This document shows positions 39,759 through 54,030 of a DNA stretch of 64,000 nucleotides, in pieces. The notes beneath the pieces were generated by a model. That model had not been told where the DNA came from, made no database searches, and saw only the letters and a program-made list of their open reading frames with translations. A program made the translations under genes and the position numbers. The stretch is from the NCBI GenBank assembly GCA_050613775.1, contig JBODTK010000108.1, positions 186,001 through 250,000 on the forward strand, written 5' to 3'. This DNA is from Neocallimastix sp. 'constans'. Its lineage: Eukaryota. Each line of letters opens with the position of its first letter. Position 1 is the first letter of the stretch.

Positions 39759-41896
39759 AATTAATTAATGAATTTTTTATTTTAATTGTAATATAAAAAA
39801 TATAATTAACCTTTATAGATTCATTATTTATTAATGGTCCATAAGAAACAACATCATTTATTGTTAAATGTGAAAATTTTAATGTGGTTAAATCTCCTTT
39901 AATATTAATTAAATTTCCATTAGATTTACAATTTCTTATAATAACATCATCAAATTTAAATTCAGTTCCAGAGGTTACTGATGTAAATTCAAGTAAGGAT
40001 GAATTCTCACTTTCTCCATTGCATATAATGTCTTCAAAGATACATTTAGAAAATAATGATTTCGAAAAACTACTTGCAATCAATGAATATGAATTGGATA
40101 TAATATTACTAAATTTTACATTTGTAAATAAATATGAGATTTCACCAGAAAATAAACCATTTCCTAACGATCTTTTATAATTAATAATATATATAATATA
40201 TTCAATGTTAATATTATTAAATATATATATATATATATATTAAATTTACATCTTTATTTTTTGTTTTATCTTATTTTATTTATATAGTTATATTTATATA
40301 TATATTTTTTCATAATATATTTTATATTCACATAATATTTGAAAATTCTGAATTCTCGGCGTAAATAGTAGAAATAGATGAATTAAAAAGAACTGATTTG
40401 GAAGTGATATTATGAAATTTTGAACCTGTAATTTTTATACTGTTGGCTACACCGTCAACTAAAGTATTTATATCTTAAAATCGAATAGATACAAAAATAA
40501 ATTTTAAAAAAAAAAAATTCCTTGAATTTAATTATTTTTAAATATAGTATTTAAATTTTTTATTAATAGATAAAATTATTACTATTAAATTCTGTATTGG
40601 ATATTATTATATTTGGATTATCTATGGAAACCTTGTCTCTTCCAGAAGTATTTATTAAATAATTAGCGTATGAATAACAATTTTTAAAAACTGAATCCTC
40701 AATTCTATATATATAAATAATAAATTAGTTAAATGTATGAATTACAAAACAAATAAATAAAAAAAATTATTATAATAAATATTTTTACTCCAAAGAAGTT
40801 CCAAATAAATCAAAAAATGGCCTATTCAATGTTACTATATTATCAATAATTTTAGTATTTTTTATTATTACTTTGTTATTAACAGCAGATGAATGAATAA
40901 TTGTGCCAGGAAATTCTTCAGTTCCATATACATTAGTAATATAACCTATAATATATATATATTATATTTTAAATATAATTTAATTCATTATTATCATTAT
41001 TTTTTTTTAATAATAATATAGACATAAAATAATAACAAATTTTTACTATCATATATAGCCACATCTCCATTAAGAAGTTCACCGAACATTTTTATATTGT
41101 TAAAATAGCAATTATGATATTCCAATAAAAAGCAATGTACTAGATTGATTGAATTATATAATGAATCTTGATGATATGATTGAAATACTTCATTTATATT
41201 TCTTACATTTTTATTTTATTTTATTTTATTTTATTTTTTATTGATAGTATAAAAATTTAATAAAAAATAATAAATTTATTAAAAATTATGTTATATTTAT
41301 AATAACATTAAATATACATATTATCGATTAGTTATTTAAACTTACTCAAATTTACAGTTATTGAATATAACATTAGGTGTTGACTGAGTACGTTTTAAAC
41401 ATATAATATTAATGTTCAATACAATTCCTTTTATATTATAAAATTCACAGTTATTAAATTCAATAGTATATCGATCTGTTCGATCTTCAGGTCCTCCTGG
41501 AAATAAACTTGAATTTTCATATTGAGAACCATCGAAATCATAAAATTTAATATTATTAAAAATAAGTTTTTTATCATATGAACCAGCTGAAAAATGGAAA
41601 ATAAGGGAACTTTTTTCTGAATTTTGAAAATTAAATCTGGTATCACTTTTACCATTAAATGTAAGAGAATTGTGTAAATGAAGATGGTTAATTCCATCAT
41701 CATGAATATTATAAATACCATCAAATAATTCAACAATTACATCATTAGTTAATAATGGCTTATTAATTGTACTGGCTAGATTTTCCATAGATTTCTTATC
41801 ATTATTAATTGAAATATTATATAAATATGCTTTCTTTAGAAAACAGAAAAAAAATGAAAATATGTGAAACGATGAATATATATATTTAAAAATCAT
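35291..41896 (-). CDS. Multi-exon receptor: pectin-lyase-like/Pmp-repeat ectodomain, EGF-like domain and 7TM (class C GPCR-like)
   Basis: Exon ORFs at 41342-41896, 39757-40083, 37257-37868 (GGVIY, GGVIF, GGVVY, N.A), Cys-rich exon ~36830-37150 (CENPICEESCP...CKCLPGW), TM exons 35764-36600 and 35291-35650. Start codon not resolved. Confidence 0.8.
38238..39720. repeat. Intronic (AAAAT)n / composite minisatellite array
   Basis: Directly visible, between receptor exons. Confidence 0.92.
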
Positions 41897-43232
41897 TTTT
41901 ATAAATATTTATATTTTATTTCATATATATTTTTGTATAATTTATTTTTTAAATAAGAGGTTTATTATTATTTAAATGCTGAAATAAGCAAATAGAGATA
42001 TAATATTAATAATTGTATAATTAAAATTTATATTTATTTAAAAAAAAAATTATCATTGCCATTTAAATTTTTGGATTAAACATGCACGCGAGCAAAAAAT
42101 TATATGAAAAAAAAATTAAACATGCAAAAACAAAACACAACAAAATAAAACAAAAATTAAAAAATAGTATTATTTTTTATCTTAAAAATATTTATTCTGA
42201 TGGAGAAAACTTAAATTTATTATTATCTATTAAAAAAATTCTTTATGATTGTTAAAAATAAAATGTAATATCATTTAATATCATGATAATGTTTAAATAA
42301 TTAATACAAATTTATAATTCATAATTAATTAGATTTTAATAAATAAATACTCTTAAAAAAAAAACTTTTTTTAATAAAAAAGTTTGAATTTAACTTTTTT
42401 TATTATATAAATAATTCTATGAAAAATAATGAAGAAATTTATATAATAATTTAAATAATCTTCTATTATTAAAAAAAAAAAATCTATTATTATTCTCAAC
42501 ATAAATTAGATTCAAAAAAAAAAAAAAAAAAAAATTAAAATAATAATAAAAATTAGTATATAATAAAAATAAAAGTTATAAGTAATTATAAATAATAAAA
42601 ACAAATTATAAATTAAAAATAGTAAAATAAAAATTAATTTATTCAACTCCATACTATAAAATCATGATTATATATATATTAAGTTAAAAATAATTTAATA
42701 TAGATGCAGGTTCTAATAATTTCAAAAAAATTTTTTTTTTTTTTTTAATATTAATAATTTTTATCATTAATGATAAAAATTATTAATACTAACTAGAACA
42801 ATAATAATTAATAAAATAGTAATAATAATTTTAAAAAAAATAAATATGAATAACAAACTAATTAAAAATGAAGAAGAAAATCAAAAAAAAAAAAAAAAAA
42901 AAAAAAAAAATAATAATAATAATTAATAGAAATTAATAATAAAAACATTTCTTACCTAATTTTTAATCAATAATGAATAAATTAACAGATACATAAATAT
43001 ATAAATATATTTTAAATAGATTTATTGTATAATATGAAACTATTCTATATACTATTATTTTTTATGAACAGTTAATTTTTATTTGATTATTTTTAATAAA
43101 TAATAAGAAAATAAATAAGATTAAATAAATTAAATAAATTAAATAATAGTGAAATTGAATTATTGGTTCCTTAAAAGAAAGTGAAACTTCTAAACTCATA
43201 TCATCATTTCTATTATGAAGTTTCATAAGTCT

Positions 43233-43298
43233 AAATTTACTAAACTACCATTTTAAAAACCCACTGCTTATAAATCATTGCACATAAAAGCGCATATC
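43233..43298 (+). mobile_element. 3' fragment of family D LTR
   Basis: TTTACTAAACTACCATT...CCCACTGCTTATAAAT.ATTGCACATAAAAG..CGCATATC matches the LTR D end. Confidence 0.8.
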
Positions 43299-43469
43299 GA
43301 ATGTGGTGCATTTCGCCAACTTTTAAATTTTAAATTTTCAATACGCCAAATTTATTTTTAATGGCCTGTAAAATTTTTTATTAACGCCATAAAAAATTTT
43401 AATACAATTATATTTAAAAAAAAAAAAAATGCATAAATAAATAAATAAATAAAGAATGTAATAATTTAA

Positions 43470-45385
43470 GTATATAAAATAAAATAAAATAAAATAAAAT
43501 AAATATTGATTGTAATAATATAAAAGTATATAAAATAAAATAAAATGAAATAAATATTGATTGTAATAATATAAAAGTACAAGTATATAAAATAAAATAA
43601 GATAAAATGAAATAAATATTGATTGTAATAATATAAAAGTACAAGTATATAAAATAAAATAAAATAAAATAAAATAAATATTGATTGTAATAATATAAAA
43701 GTACAAGTAATAGATATTTATTTTATTTTATTTTATTTTATTTTATTTTATATACTTGTACTTTTATATTATTACAATCAATATTTATTTCATTTTATTT
43801 TATTTTATTTTATTTAATCTGTACTTTATATTCATATTCTACTATTTATTTTATTTTATTTTATTTTATTTAAACTGTACTTTATATTCATATTCTACTA
43901 TTTATTTTATTTTATTTTATTTTATTTAAACTGTACTTTATATTCATATTCTACTATTTATTTTATTTTATTTTATTTTATTTAAACTGTACTTTATATT
44001 CATATTCTACTATTTATTTTATTTTATTTTATTTAATCTGTACTTTATATTCATATTCTACTATTTATTTTATTTTATTTTATTTTATTTAAACTGTACT
44101 TTATATTCATATTCTACTATTTATTTTATTTTATTTTATTTAATCTGTACTTTATATTCATATTCTACTATTTATTTTATTTTATTTTATTTTATTTTAT
44201 TTAAACTGTACTTTATATTCATATTCTACTATTTATTTTATTTTATTTTATTTTATTTAAACTGTACTTTATATTCGTATTCTACTATTTATTTTATTTT
44301 ATTTTATTTTATTTAAACTGTACTTTATATTCATATTCTACTATTTATTTTATTTTATTTTATTTAATCTGTACTTTATATTCATATTCTACTATTTATT
44401 TTATTTTATTTTATTTTATTTAAACTGTACTTTATATTCATATTCTACTATTTATTTTATTTTATTTTATTTAATCTGTACTTTATATTCATATTCTACT
44501 ATTTATTTTATTTTATTTTATTTTATTTTATTTAAACTGTACTTTATATTCATATTCTACTATTTATTTTATTTTATTTTATTTTATTTAAACTGTACTT
44601 TATATTCGTATTCTACTATTTATTTTATTTTATTTTATTTTATTTAAACTGTACTTTATATTCATATTCTACTATTTATTTTATTTTATTTTATTTAATC
44701 TGTACTTTATATTCATATTCTACTATTTATTTTATTTTATTTTATTTTATTTAAACTGTACTTTATATTCATATTCTACTATTTATTTTATTTTATTTTA
44801 TTTAATCTGTACTTTATATTCATATTCTACTATTTATTTTATTTTATTTTATTTTATTTTATTTTATTTTATTTAAACTGTACTTTATATTCATATTATA
44901 CTATTTATTTTATTTTATTTTATTTTATTTAAACTGTACTTTATATTCATATTCTACTATTTATTTTATTTTATTTTATTTTATTTAAACTGTACTTTAT
45001 ATTCATATTCTACTATTTATTTTATTTTATTTTATTTAATCTGTACTTTATATTCATATTCTACTATTTATTTTATTTTATTTTATTTTATTTATTTTAT
45101 TTAAACTGTACTTTATATTCATATTCTACTATTTATTTTATTTTATTTTATTTTATTTAAACTGTACTTTATATTCATATTCTACTATTTATTTTATTTT
45201 ATTTTATTTAATCTGTACTTTATATTCATATTCTACTATTTATTTTATTTTATTTTATTTTATTTAAACTGTACTTTATATTCATATTCTACTATTTATT
45301 TTATTTTATTTTATTTTATTTTATTTAAACTGTACTTTATATTCATATTCTACTATTTATTTTATTTTATTTTATTTTATATACT
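43470..45385. repeat. Subterminal composite minisatellite with an orientation switch at ~43710
   Basis: AAAAT-oriented units to ~43707, then TTTTA-oriented units. Confidence 0.9.
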
Positions 45386-45529
45386 TGTACTTATATTATT
45401 ACATTCTTTATTTATTTATTTTACAAATAATTGAAAAACTAATTTTCAAAATTAATATTAAGAATAATATTATATAATTAATATAATAATTTTAATTATA
45501 TAATTAAAAATATTTATAAAAATAAAGAA

Positions 45530-47680
45530 ATGGAAGATAATCTAATTATTGATTTAAGTGAGTCTAACAAAGGAAAAGAGCAAATTATTATTAATAATAA
45601 ATATAAATTTAATTTTTCATATATAAGAAAAGATAATTCCAAAGTTTATAAATGTACCGAATATAAAAAAATAAATAAATGTAAATCTTTTATTATTTTA
45701 AATGATAAGAAAGAAATCTTAAAATATGATAGTTCACGTAATCATCCTGAAAAAGAATATGATCTCTATCTACAATGAAACATAAAATTAAAGATGGAAT
45801 TGAAAAAAGTTCAATTCCTTTTGGTATAAAAATAAAACCCCTATATAATAAAATTTCTAAAGAAATGGGACTTATATGTTCAGAATATAATTCAATTAAA
45901 TCCCAAATGTAAAGATATCTTTATATCTTTAATAAATTTATGTAATTCATTATTACATTAATTTATGTATGAAATTTTTTCCACGATATCTTGAATAAAA
46001 TTATGTAATTTACATTAATTTATGAATTAAAGCATATTTCAATAAATTTATGTAAACGAAAAATCATACATCAAATTTACGTACATGAATTAAATACTTT
46101 AAATAATTATTTCTCCTTAAATTAATAATTGAAATTTAAAATTATAAATTAGAACTTAAATTATTTAAATTTATATTTATTAAATATGAAATTAAATAAT
46201 TTAGTCACGAAAAATTCGCCAAATCTGTTATTGTTAAATTTTTATTTATTTAAATAGTATAGTTTAATATTATTAATAGTTTTTAGTTTAATTTTAAATT
46301 AGTTAAAATATTTAAATAGTTATAATAAAAATAGTTATAATAAAAAATAGTTAATTAGAAAATTATACTATAATTAGTTTTAGTTTAAATATTTTATTAT
46401 TTTATAAAATTAATTATTATTAATATTTAAATTGAATATATGTAAATTAAATTAATTTAATATATTAGAATATAATTAAGAAAAAATATAAATATTGTAA
46501 ATTTTCTTTAATTGAAAAAATGTAATTGTTATTTTTTTTATTATTTGATAGTTCATAACATAATAAGAACTATTTAATAAAAGATTTTTAATAAACCAAA
46601 TATTTTTAATAAAAAGAATTTATTTAATATAGTGTTTTTGTATTATTATAATCTGTTTTATCATAAAACACTTTATACCAAATATCAAGAAATTTATATA
46701 AAAAACTACCATCCAATGTAACAACATTTGCTGAAATTCCTAATGAATCTGAATATCATAAAACAAAGCGATGTAAAAATTTTATGATATTCAAAAATTT
46801 TAATTTAATAATTTTTCAATCTCCTTTTCAAGCAAATTATTTAGGGAGTATAATGATGATATATTTGTTGATAGTACATTTTTTTATTGCCCCTAAATTT
46901 AGTTATCAAATATTTATTACAATAACTTATGCTAAAGAATTAGATAGTTTTTACACTACTTCATATGCAATATTAAAAAATAAATAACAAGAAACATATA
47001 AAATATTATTTTAAAATTAAAAAAAAAAATGCTAATACATGTAACAATAATATTATAATTGAACCAAAAAATTTGAATTGTGATTTTGAAAGGGGCATAT
47101 CTAAATCAGCAAAAACAATATTTCCTAATACAAACATTAAATATTGCATTTGGCATTATAAAAAATTATGCTATAATGAAGTAAAAAATGATAATAATAT
47201 ATTTATTTATTATAAAGCTATTTCAAATTTACCATTTATAAATCCTGAATACATATTTGATATTTATGTTAAAATTAAATCCATTAAAAATAATTATTGT
47301 CAATTTTTAAAATTTTTATAATATTTTTATAAAACATATTTAATTGATTATGATGTGAAATTTTGGAATTATTATAATAATATGGAACATATAACAAACA
47401 ATGCCTCAGAATCACTCAATAATTATTTAAATAATTCATTTCCAACAAAACAATCTTTTTTATGAATTAATAGATAAATTAAATGAACTTGAACATTTAT
47501 CATAATATGATTATCAAAGAAAAATAAGAGGAATTTGGAAAATAAAAAAAAAAAGAGTAATAAATAAAGCTAATGAAATCAGTGTCTTAATTGAACGCTA
47601 CAAAAATATTGAAGCCAAGTTAATTAATACTAAATGTGATAAAAATAATATTATTAATTTGTGGTTGGATTGTTTAATCT
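45530..47680 (+). pseudogene. MULE transposase pseudogene
   Basis: FLYWCH/WRKY-like N-terminus (YKCTEY...CKS...NH), FVDSTFFIAP, CDFERGI...CIWH, TNNASES; stops and frameshifts. Confidence 0.88.
45908..46677. mobile_element. Solo LTR inserted in the MULE transposase
   Basis: TGTAAAG...CTTTATA termini; 5-bp TSD CCAAA; absent from copy 2, which shows the empty site TCCCAAATATCAAG. Confidence 0.8.
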
Positions 47681-47827
47681 ATAAAGATTATTAAATTTAT
47701 ACAGTTTAAATAAATATTCAAATACGTCTTTATAATTAATAATTTTATCATTATAATTATTATTTTTTTTAATAACATTTAAATAAAAGAATTATTATTA
47801 ATAACATTTATATTTTTATATAACATT

Positions 47828-48080
47828 CCAGAGAATGAAAACGTCATAGCAAAAATTTCCTTATTTTATGATATAAAAAATGATTTTCTTTTTCATCCAA
47901 AATTAAAAAATTTAATAAAAGAATTTGACGATATTTTGATTAATTCTGTTGATAATGTAAAGGTAGCTAACTCTGAACCACACTCTATACCCTTACTTAA
48001 AAATACACCTATTAAATTAAGACCATACAAAATTTCATTGGATCAATCAATAACTTTAAAAAAGGAAATAATTAAATTAT
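47828..48080 (+). pseudogene. Ty3/gypsy pol fragment (start of RT)
   Basis: EPHSIPLLKNTPIKLRPYKISLDQSITLKKEIIKL resembles element A PHKIRLK..KPVKLRSYRL. Confidence 0.75.
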
Positions 48081-48704
48081 TGTAACGTGAATTCGGGGCG
48101 TAACCCAAAATAATTAACACCACTAGGTTTGTATAAAAAAATAAATAATAAGTAAATAGTTTTTTTAATAAAAAAGAATTTATTATTTTTTAAAAGTTAA
48201 AATTTATTTTTATTTTTTTTTTTATTTATTAATTAAAAATTTGTAATTAAATTACTTATTAAATAATTAATAAAAAACACGATTTTTTAAAAAAATTTTT
48301 TTGAAGAAAAATTCACTCGTATTTATACAAAAAATTTTCAAAAGAAATTTTTTATGATGTAATTTTAAACCAATTAAGATAATTTGATAAAACTTTTGAT
48401 AAAAAAAAATTTTTTTGATAAGATAAGAACTTTTTAAAATAATTTTTGATAAGATAAGAATTTTTAAAATAAATTTTTTTATAAAAAGAAATTATGCGGA
48501 TTTGAACTCGAGAAGTTACTAACAACTAAGACAAGTTAATTATTTTTAAGATTCGTTACATGGTCCTCCTCGAGGATTCGGATACCAGACGAATCTAATT
48601 CTAAACTAAAATTAATTTTTAATATACTAACGAGTGAACTTTTTACATTTAACATACATGAATTAAAAATATTTAATAAATTTAACTATATTAAAAGATA
48701 AAAT

Positions 48705-48741
<37 letters not shown>

Positions 48742-49090
48742 TAATTTGATATTAATAAAATATTTATATTCAATTTTGATATAAATAAGAGTTTAGATAT
48801 AATTAATAAAATAAAATAAAATAAAATAAAATAAAATAAAATATTTTTTGTTATTTATCCCATGAATTGAAATCCTTAAGAAGTTCAGGACAATTTAAAT
48901 TAGATTCAGGTTCCCATGAAGATTCTGAAATTGGATAACCTTTCCATTTGATTAAATATTGAATTTTTCCATAGTAAGTTCTTTTATCCAATATTTTCTC
49001 GACTTCATATTCTTCTTCATTATTGACTATTACTGGTGGTGGTGGTTGATTTCTTCCAAAAGTATCTTCGTAGTAGGGTTCAAGTTCTAC
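48081..49090 (-). mobile_element. 3' end of a second chromovirus (chromodomain, 3' UTR, LTR 48081-48560)
   Basis: ORF 48851-49096 is close to the element B C-terminus; LTR TGTAACG...CGTTACA; pre-LTR motif shared with B. Confidence 0.9.
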
Positions 49091-50436
49091 AAGCATCTAC
49101 TAAAGAATCATATTCCTCCATAGCAATCCTTATATAAATTTGTGTTCTTGGTAGAAGAGCATTCACATAATCTATAACTGAAATAGAAGCTTTATCTTCC
49201 GTTTCCAATTGATCATATAAATCTAAGTATTTCGTATTAAAATTATACACCGTCTCTTTTGGCTCAATAATTAAACGTTTTAATTGTCTTAATTTGTCGC
49301 CTTTTTGGTTTTCTCTCCAATATTTTCTTTTTATGAGATTAACACATTCATCTAATGTAAGAGCTCTATTTACCTCTGTTTCTTTTTTCATAAGTACCCT
49401 TACAATATCATCTTCAGCAGCCGCAATAATGTAACTAAATTTCTTTATATCGGTAGTAATACCTTCTCTCCTAAACCAATTATTAATTCTAAATTTCCAT
49501 ATTTCTGCATCTCTACTAGATCCACCAATTCTCGGAAGAGTACTAGTATCAACGTTAACCTTACCCGAACTTGTACTTCTGAGGGAACCGGTACCTGGTA
49601 TTTTATTTCCAATTAATTAATTATGCAGTTATTCGTTATTAATATTGCTATTTGTTATTAATATTTAATATTATATATATATTTATATATATATATATAT
49701 TATTATTATTTTTTTTTTTTATTATTATTATTATTTAATATAATTATAATTTTTTTCTAATACTTATTAATATTTATTTATTTTAAAACAATTTATTTAA
49801 ACTATACTAAAATGAATGGAAATAGATATAATATATAACTCTCTCTTCACCAAAAAAATAAAATAATTATAAATAGCCAATAAAAAAAAAAATAAAAATT
49901 TATATCCAAAACAGTGTATTTTAATTAATCCTAACTGAAGAGAATTTATGTAAATATATACGGATTTATAATTAACTAACAAAATTACTAAACACCACTA
50001 CTTATAAATTACTTTTTACACAGCACATCCCCGATATCTCCACCAATTTTTGATATGCGGGACTTTTATGTGCAATAATTTATAAGCAGTGGGTTTTAAA
50101 TAATGGTAGTTTAGAAAATTTTATTAATAAAATTATAATATTCGTACAATTAAAATAATAATTCTAATTCCTAAAAATTTACAAGAGAGTTCTCTATTTC
50201 TAATATAAATAATCTAATCAATTTATAAGAAATAGGTAATATATTAATTATATATTCTAATATATAGAAATATATAAATTTTATATGAATTAAAGTAATA
50301 TAATTATTATAATTATAATAATACATATTGAAATAAAATAAAATAAAATAATTATTATCAAAAAGATATAAATTTAATATTTAATAATTATTATTAAATA
50401 TACAAATATGTTACTACACATATTTGTTTTATATCA
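49080..50436 (-). mobile_element. 5' end of family D Ty3/gypsy (LTR 50051-50436, PBS, truncated gag)
   Basis: PBS at 50028-50045; gag-like frame ~49615-49080 (ETVYNFNTKYLDLYDQL...DYVNAL vs A: EKIKDFNVRYRTLYTKL...DYIDSI). Confidence 0.88.
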
Positions 50437-50462
50437 ACATTACATTAATAATAGAAAATATT

Positions 50463-53400
50463 GGGGAGGTTGCATTACGCTAATTTTTTCACGTGATATA
50501 TATAAATATGTGGCTATAGATATTTTATGCTACATAATATTATTTTATTGTATTATTTTGTTATTTCAAATTTTAAATTAATTATTAAGTGAATAATTAA
50601 ATAAATCATATAATGGTTAGATTTTATGATTTTAATTCTTTTATTTAAATGCTATTAATAAAAAAATTATATAAAAATATAAATGTTATTAAAAATATAA
50701 ATATTATTAATAATAATTCTTTTATTTACATGTTATTAAAAAAAATAATAATTATAATGATAAAATTATTAATTATAGAGACGTATTTAAATATTTATTT
50801 AAACTGTATAAATTTAATAAGCTTTATAAATTAAATTTTTGAATGACAGAATTCTGATTATTTCGTTTGGTTATTCCTCATTTTTTAATTATTTATTATA
50901 AAATAATATTTATATTATATTATTTAAATCAGTTAAACAATCAAACCACAAATTAATAGTATTATTTCTATCACATTTAGCATTTAGTATCAATTATCTT
51001 GGTTTCAATATTTTTGTAGCGTTCAATTAAGACACTGATTTCATTAGCTTTATTTATTGCTCTTTTTTTTATTTTCTAAATTCCTCTTATTTTTCTTTGA
51101 TAATCATAATATGGTAAATGTTCAAGTTCATTTAATTTATCCATTAATTTATAATAAGATGGTATTGTTAGAAATAAATTATTTAAATAACTATTGATTC
51201 TGCAATTATAATATTATTGTTACATGTATTTGCATTTTTTTTTTTTAATTTTTTAAATATTTTATATATTTCTTGTTCTTTATTTTGTAATATTGCAAAA
51301 GAAGTAGTTTAAAAACTATCTAATTCTTTAGTGTAAGTTATTGTAATAAATATTTGATAAATAAATTTAGGGGCTTTAAAATAATGTACCATCAGCAAAT
51401 ATATCATCATTATATTCCCTAAATAATTTTACTTGAAAAGGAGATTGAAAAATTATTAAATTAATATTTTTTGAATATCATAAAATTTTCACCTCACTTT
51501 GTTTTATAATATTTAGATTCATTAGGAATTTCAGTAAATGTTGTTACATTGGATGGTAGTTTTTATTTAAATTTCTTGATATTTGGGATTTAATTGAATT
51601 ATATTCTGAACATATAAGTCCCATTTCTTTAGAAATTTTATTTTATAAGGGTTTTATTTTTATACCATAAGGAATTGAACTTTTTTCAATTCCATCTTTA
51701 ATTTTATGTTTCATTATAGATAGAGATACATCGTATTCTTTTTCAGGATGATTATGTGAACTATCATATTTTAAGATTTCTTTCTTATCATTTAAAATAA
51801 TAAAAGATTTACATTTATTTCTGTACCATAAACTTTTGAATTATTTTTTCTTATATATGAAAAATTAAATTTACATTTTTTATTAATAATAATTTATTTT
51901 TTTCCTTTGTTAGATTCACTTATATCAATAATAAGATTTTTTTCCATTTCTATATTTTTATAAATATTTTTTAATTATATAATTAAAATTATTATATTAA
52001 TTATCCAATATTATTCTAAATACTAATTTTGAAAAATTAGTTTTTCAATTATTTGTAAAAAAAAATTAATAAATAAAGAATGCAATAGTAAGTTTATTTT
52101 ATTTTATTTTATTTTATTTTATTTTATTTTATTTTATTTTATTTTATTTTATTTTATTTTATTTTATTTTATTTTATTTTATTTTATTTTATTTTATTTT
52201 ATTTTATTTTATTTTATTTTATTTTATTTTATTTTATTTTATTTTATTTTATTTTATTTTATTTTATTTTATTTTATTTTATTTAATCTGTACTTTATAT
52301 TCATGTTCTACTATTTATTTTATTTTATTTTATTTTATTTTATTTTATTTTATTTTATTTTATTTTATTTTATTTTATTTAATCTGTACTTTATATTCAT
52401 GTTCTACTATTTATTTTATTTTATTTTATTTTATTTTATTTTATTTTATTTTATTTAATCTGTACTTTATATTCATGTTCTACTATTTATTTTATTTTAT
52501 TTTATTTTATTTTATTTTATTTTATTTTATTTTATTTTATTTTATTTTATTTTATTTTATTTTATTTTATTTTATTTTATTTTATTTTATTTTATTTTAT
52601 TTTATTTTATTTAATCTGTACTTTATATTCATGTTCTACTATTTATTTTATTTTATTTTATTTTATTTTATTTTATTTTATTTTATTTTATTTTATTAAA
52701 TCTGTACTTTATATTTATATTCTACTATTTATTTTATTTTATTTTATTTTATTTTATTTTATTTTATTTTATTTTATTTTATTTTATTTTATTTTATTTT
52801 ATTTTATTTTATTTTATTTTATATTATATTATTCAATCTGTACTTTATATTAATATTTCTACTATTTATTTTATTTTATTTTATTTTATTTTATTTTATT
52901 TTATTTTATTTTATTTTATTTTATTTTATTTTATTTTATATTATATTATTCAATCTGTACTTTATATTCATATTTCTACTATTTATTTTATTTTATTTTA
53001 TTTTATTTTATTTTATTTTATTAAATCTGAACTTTATATTCATATTTCTACTATTTATTTTATTTTATTTTATTTTATTTTATTTTATTTTATTTTACTT
53101 TATTTTATTTTATTTTATTTTATTTTATTAAATCTGAACTTTATATTCATATTTCTACTATTTATTTTATTTTATTTTATTTTATTTTATTTTATTTTAT
53201 TTTATTTTATTTTATTTTATTTTATTTTATTTTATTTTATTTTATTTTATTTTATTTTATTTTATTTTATTTTATTAAATCTGAACTTTATATTCATATT
53301 TCTACTATTTATTTTATTTTATTTCATTTTATTTTATTTTATTTTATTTTATTTTATTTTATTCAATCTGTACTTTATATTCATATTCTAATATTTATTT

Positions 53401-53591
53401 TTATTTTATATACTTATTACATTCTTTATTTATTTATTTATTTGTTTGTTTGTTTATTTATACATTTATTTTTTTTTACATATAATTTTATTAAAATTTT
53501 TATGGCGTTAACAAAAAATTTTACAAGCCATTAAAAATAAATGGCGTATTGAAAATTTGTATTATAAAAATTGGCGAAATGAACCACATTC
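50463..53591 (-). mobile_element. MULE copy 2, both ends present, transposase decayed and internally deleted (~51947-50930)
   Basis: 9-bp TSD GAAAATATT (50454-50462 and 53592-53600); imperfect TIRs GAATGTGGTTCATTTCGCCAA / GGGGAGGTTGCATTACGCTAA. Confidence 0.9.
52093..53410. repeat. Subterminal composite minisatellite of MULE copy 2
   Basis: Directly visible. Confidence 0.9.
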
Positions 53592-53898
53592 GAAAATATT
53601 ACTCCACATTTAAAATATATATAAAAAGTGAGACTTTATTTTATGAAGAATATTTATCTTTTTATTAAATTTAATTAATTTTTTAAAAATTGTTCTTATG
53701 TAATATACTATAACATATTAATTTCATGATAAGCAATAAATATTTTTAATTCCATAATAATCTTTAAATTTCTTATTAAATAAAAAAAATTTTTTTTTTT
53801 TTTTTGAATGGATCATCCATAATTCGTATATATATAAAAGGAAGTATTATATGAATTATAATTATTCAATCTAGTTTTTATATATAATAAATATCAAT

Positions 53899-53931
<33 letters not shown>

Positions 53932-54030
53932 TTTGTAAAAAATATAATCTAAACTAATTTTAATAACATCTTATATTATTATCTTATCATATTAAGATAC
54001 CAATTCTATTAAGTAAACTTAGTACATAAA

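Larger units (their letters stand above)
43299..47826 (+). mobile_element. MULE/Mutator DNA transposon copy 1 (3' truncated)
   Basis: Terminus GAATGTGGTGCATTTCGCCAA; colinear with copy 2. Confidence 0.88.

Noticed and set aside
48561..48580. TGGTCC... as the PBS of a plus-strand element
   Set aside because: The adjacent chromodomain ORF shows this is the 3' end of a minus-strand element
43299..53591. One 10-kb element with long TIRs
   Set aside because: Copy 2 has its own two ends and a 9-bp TSD; the outer flanks share no TSD
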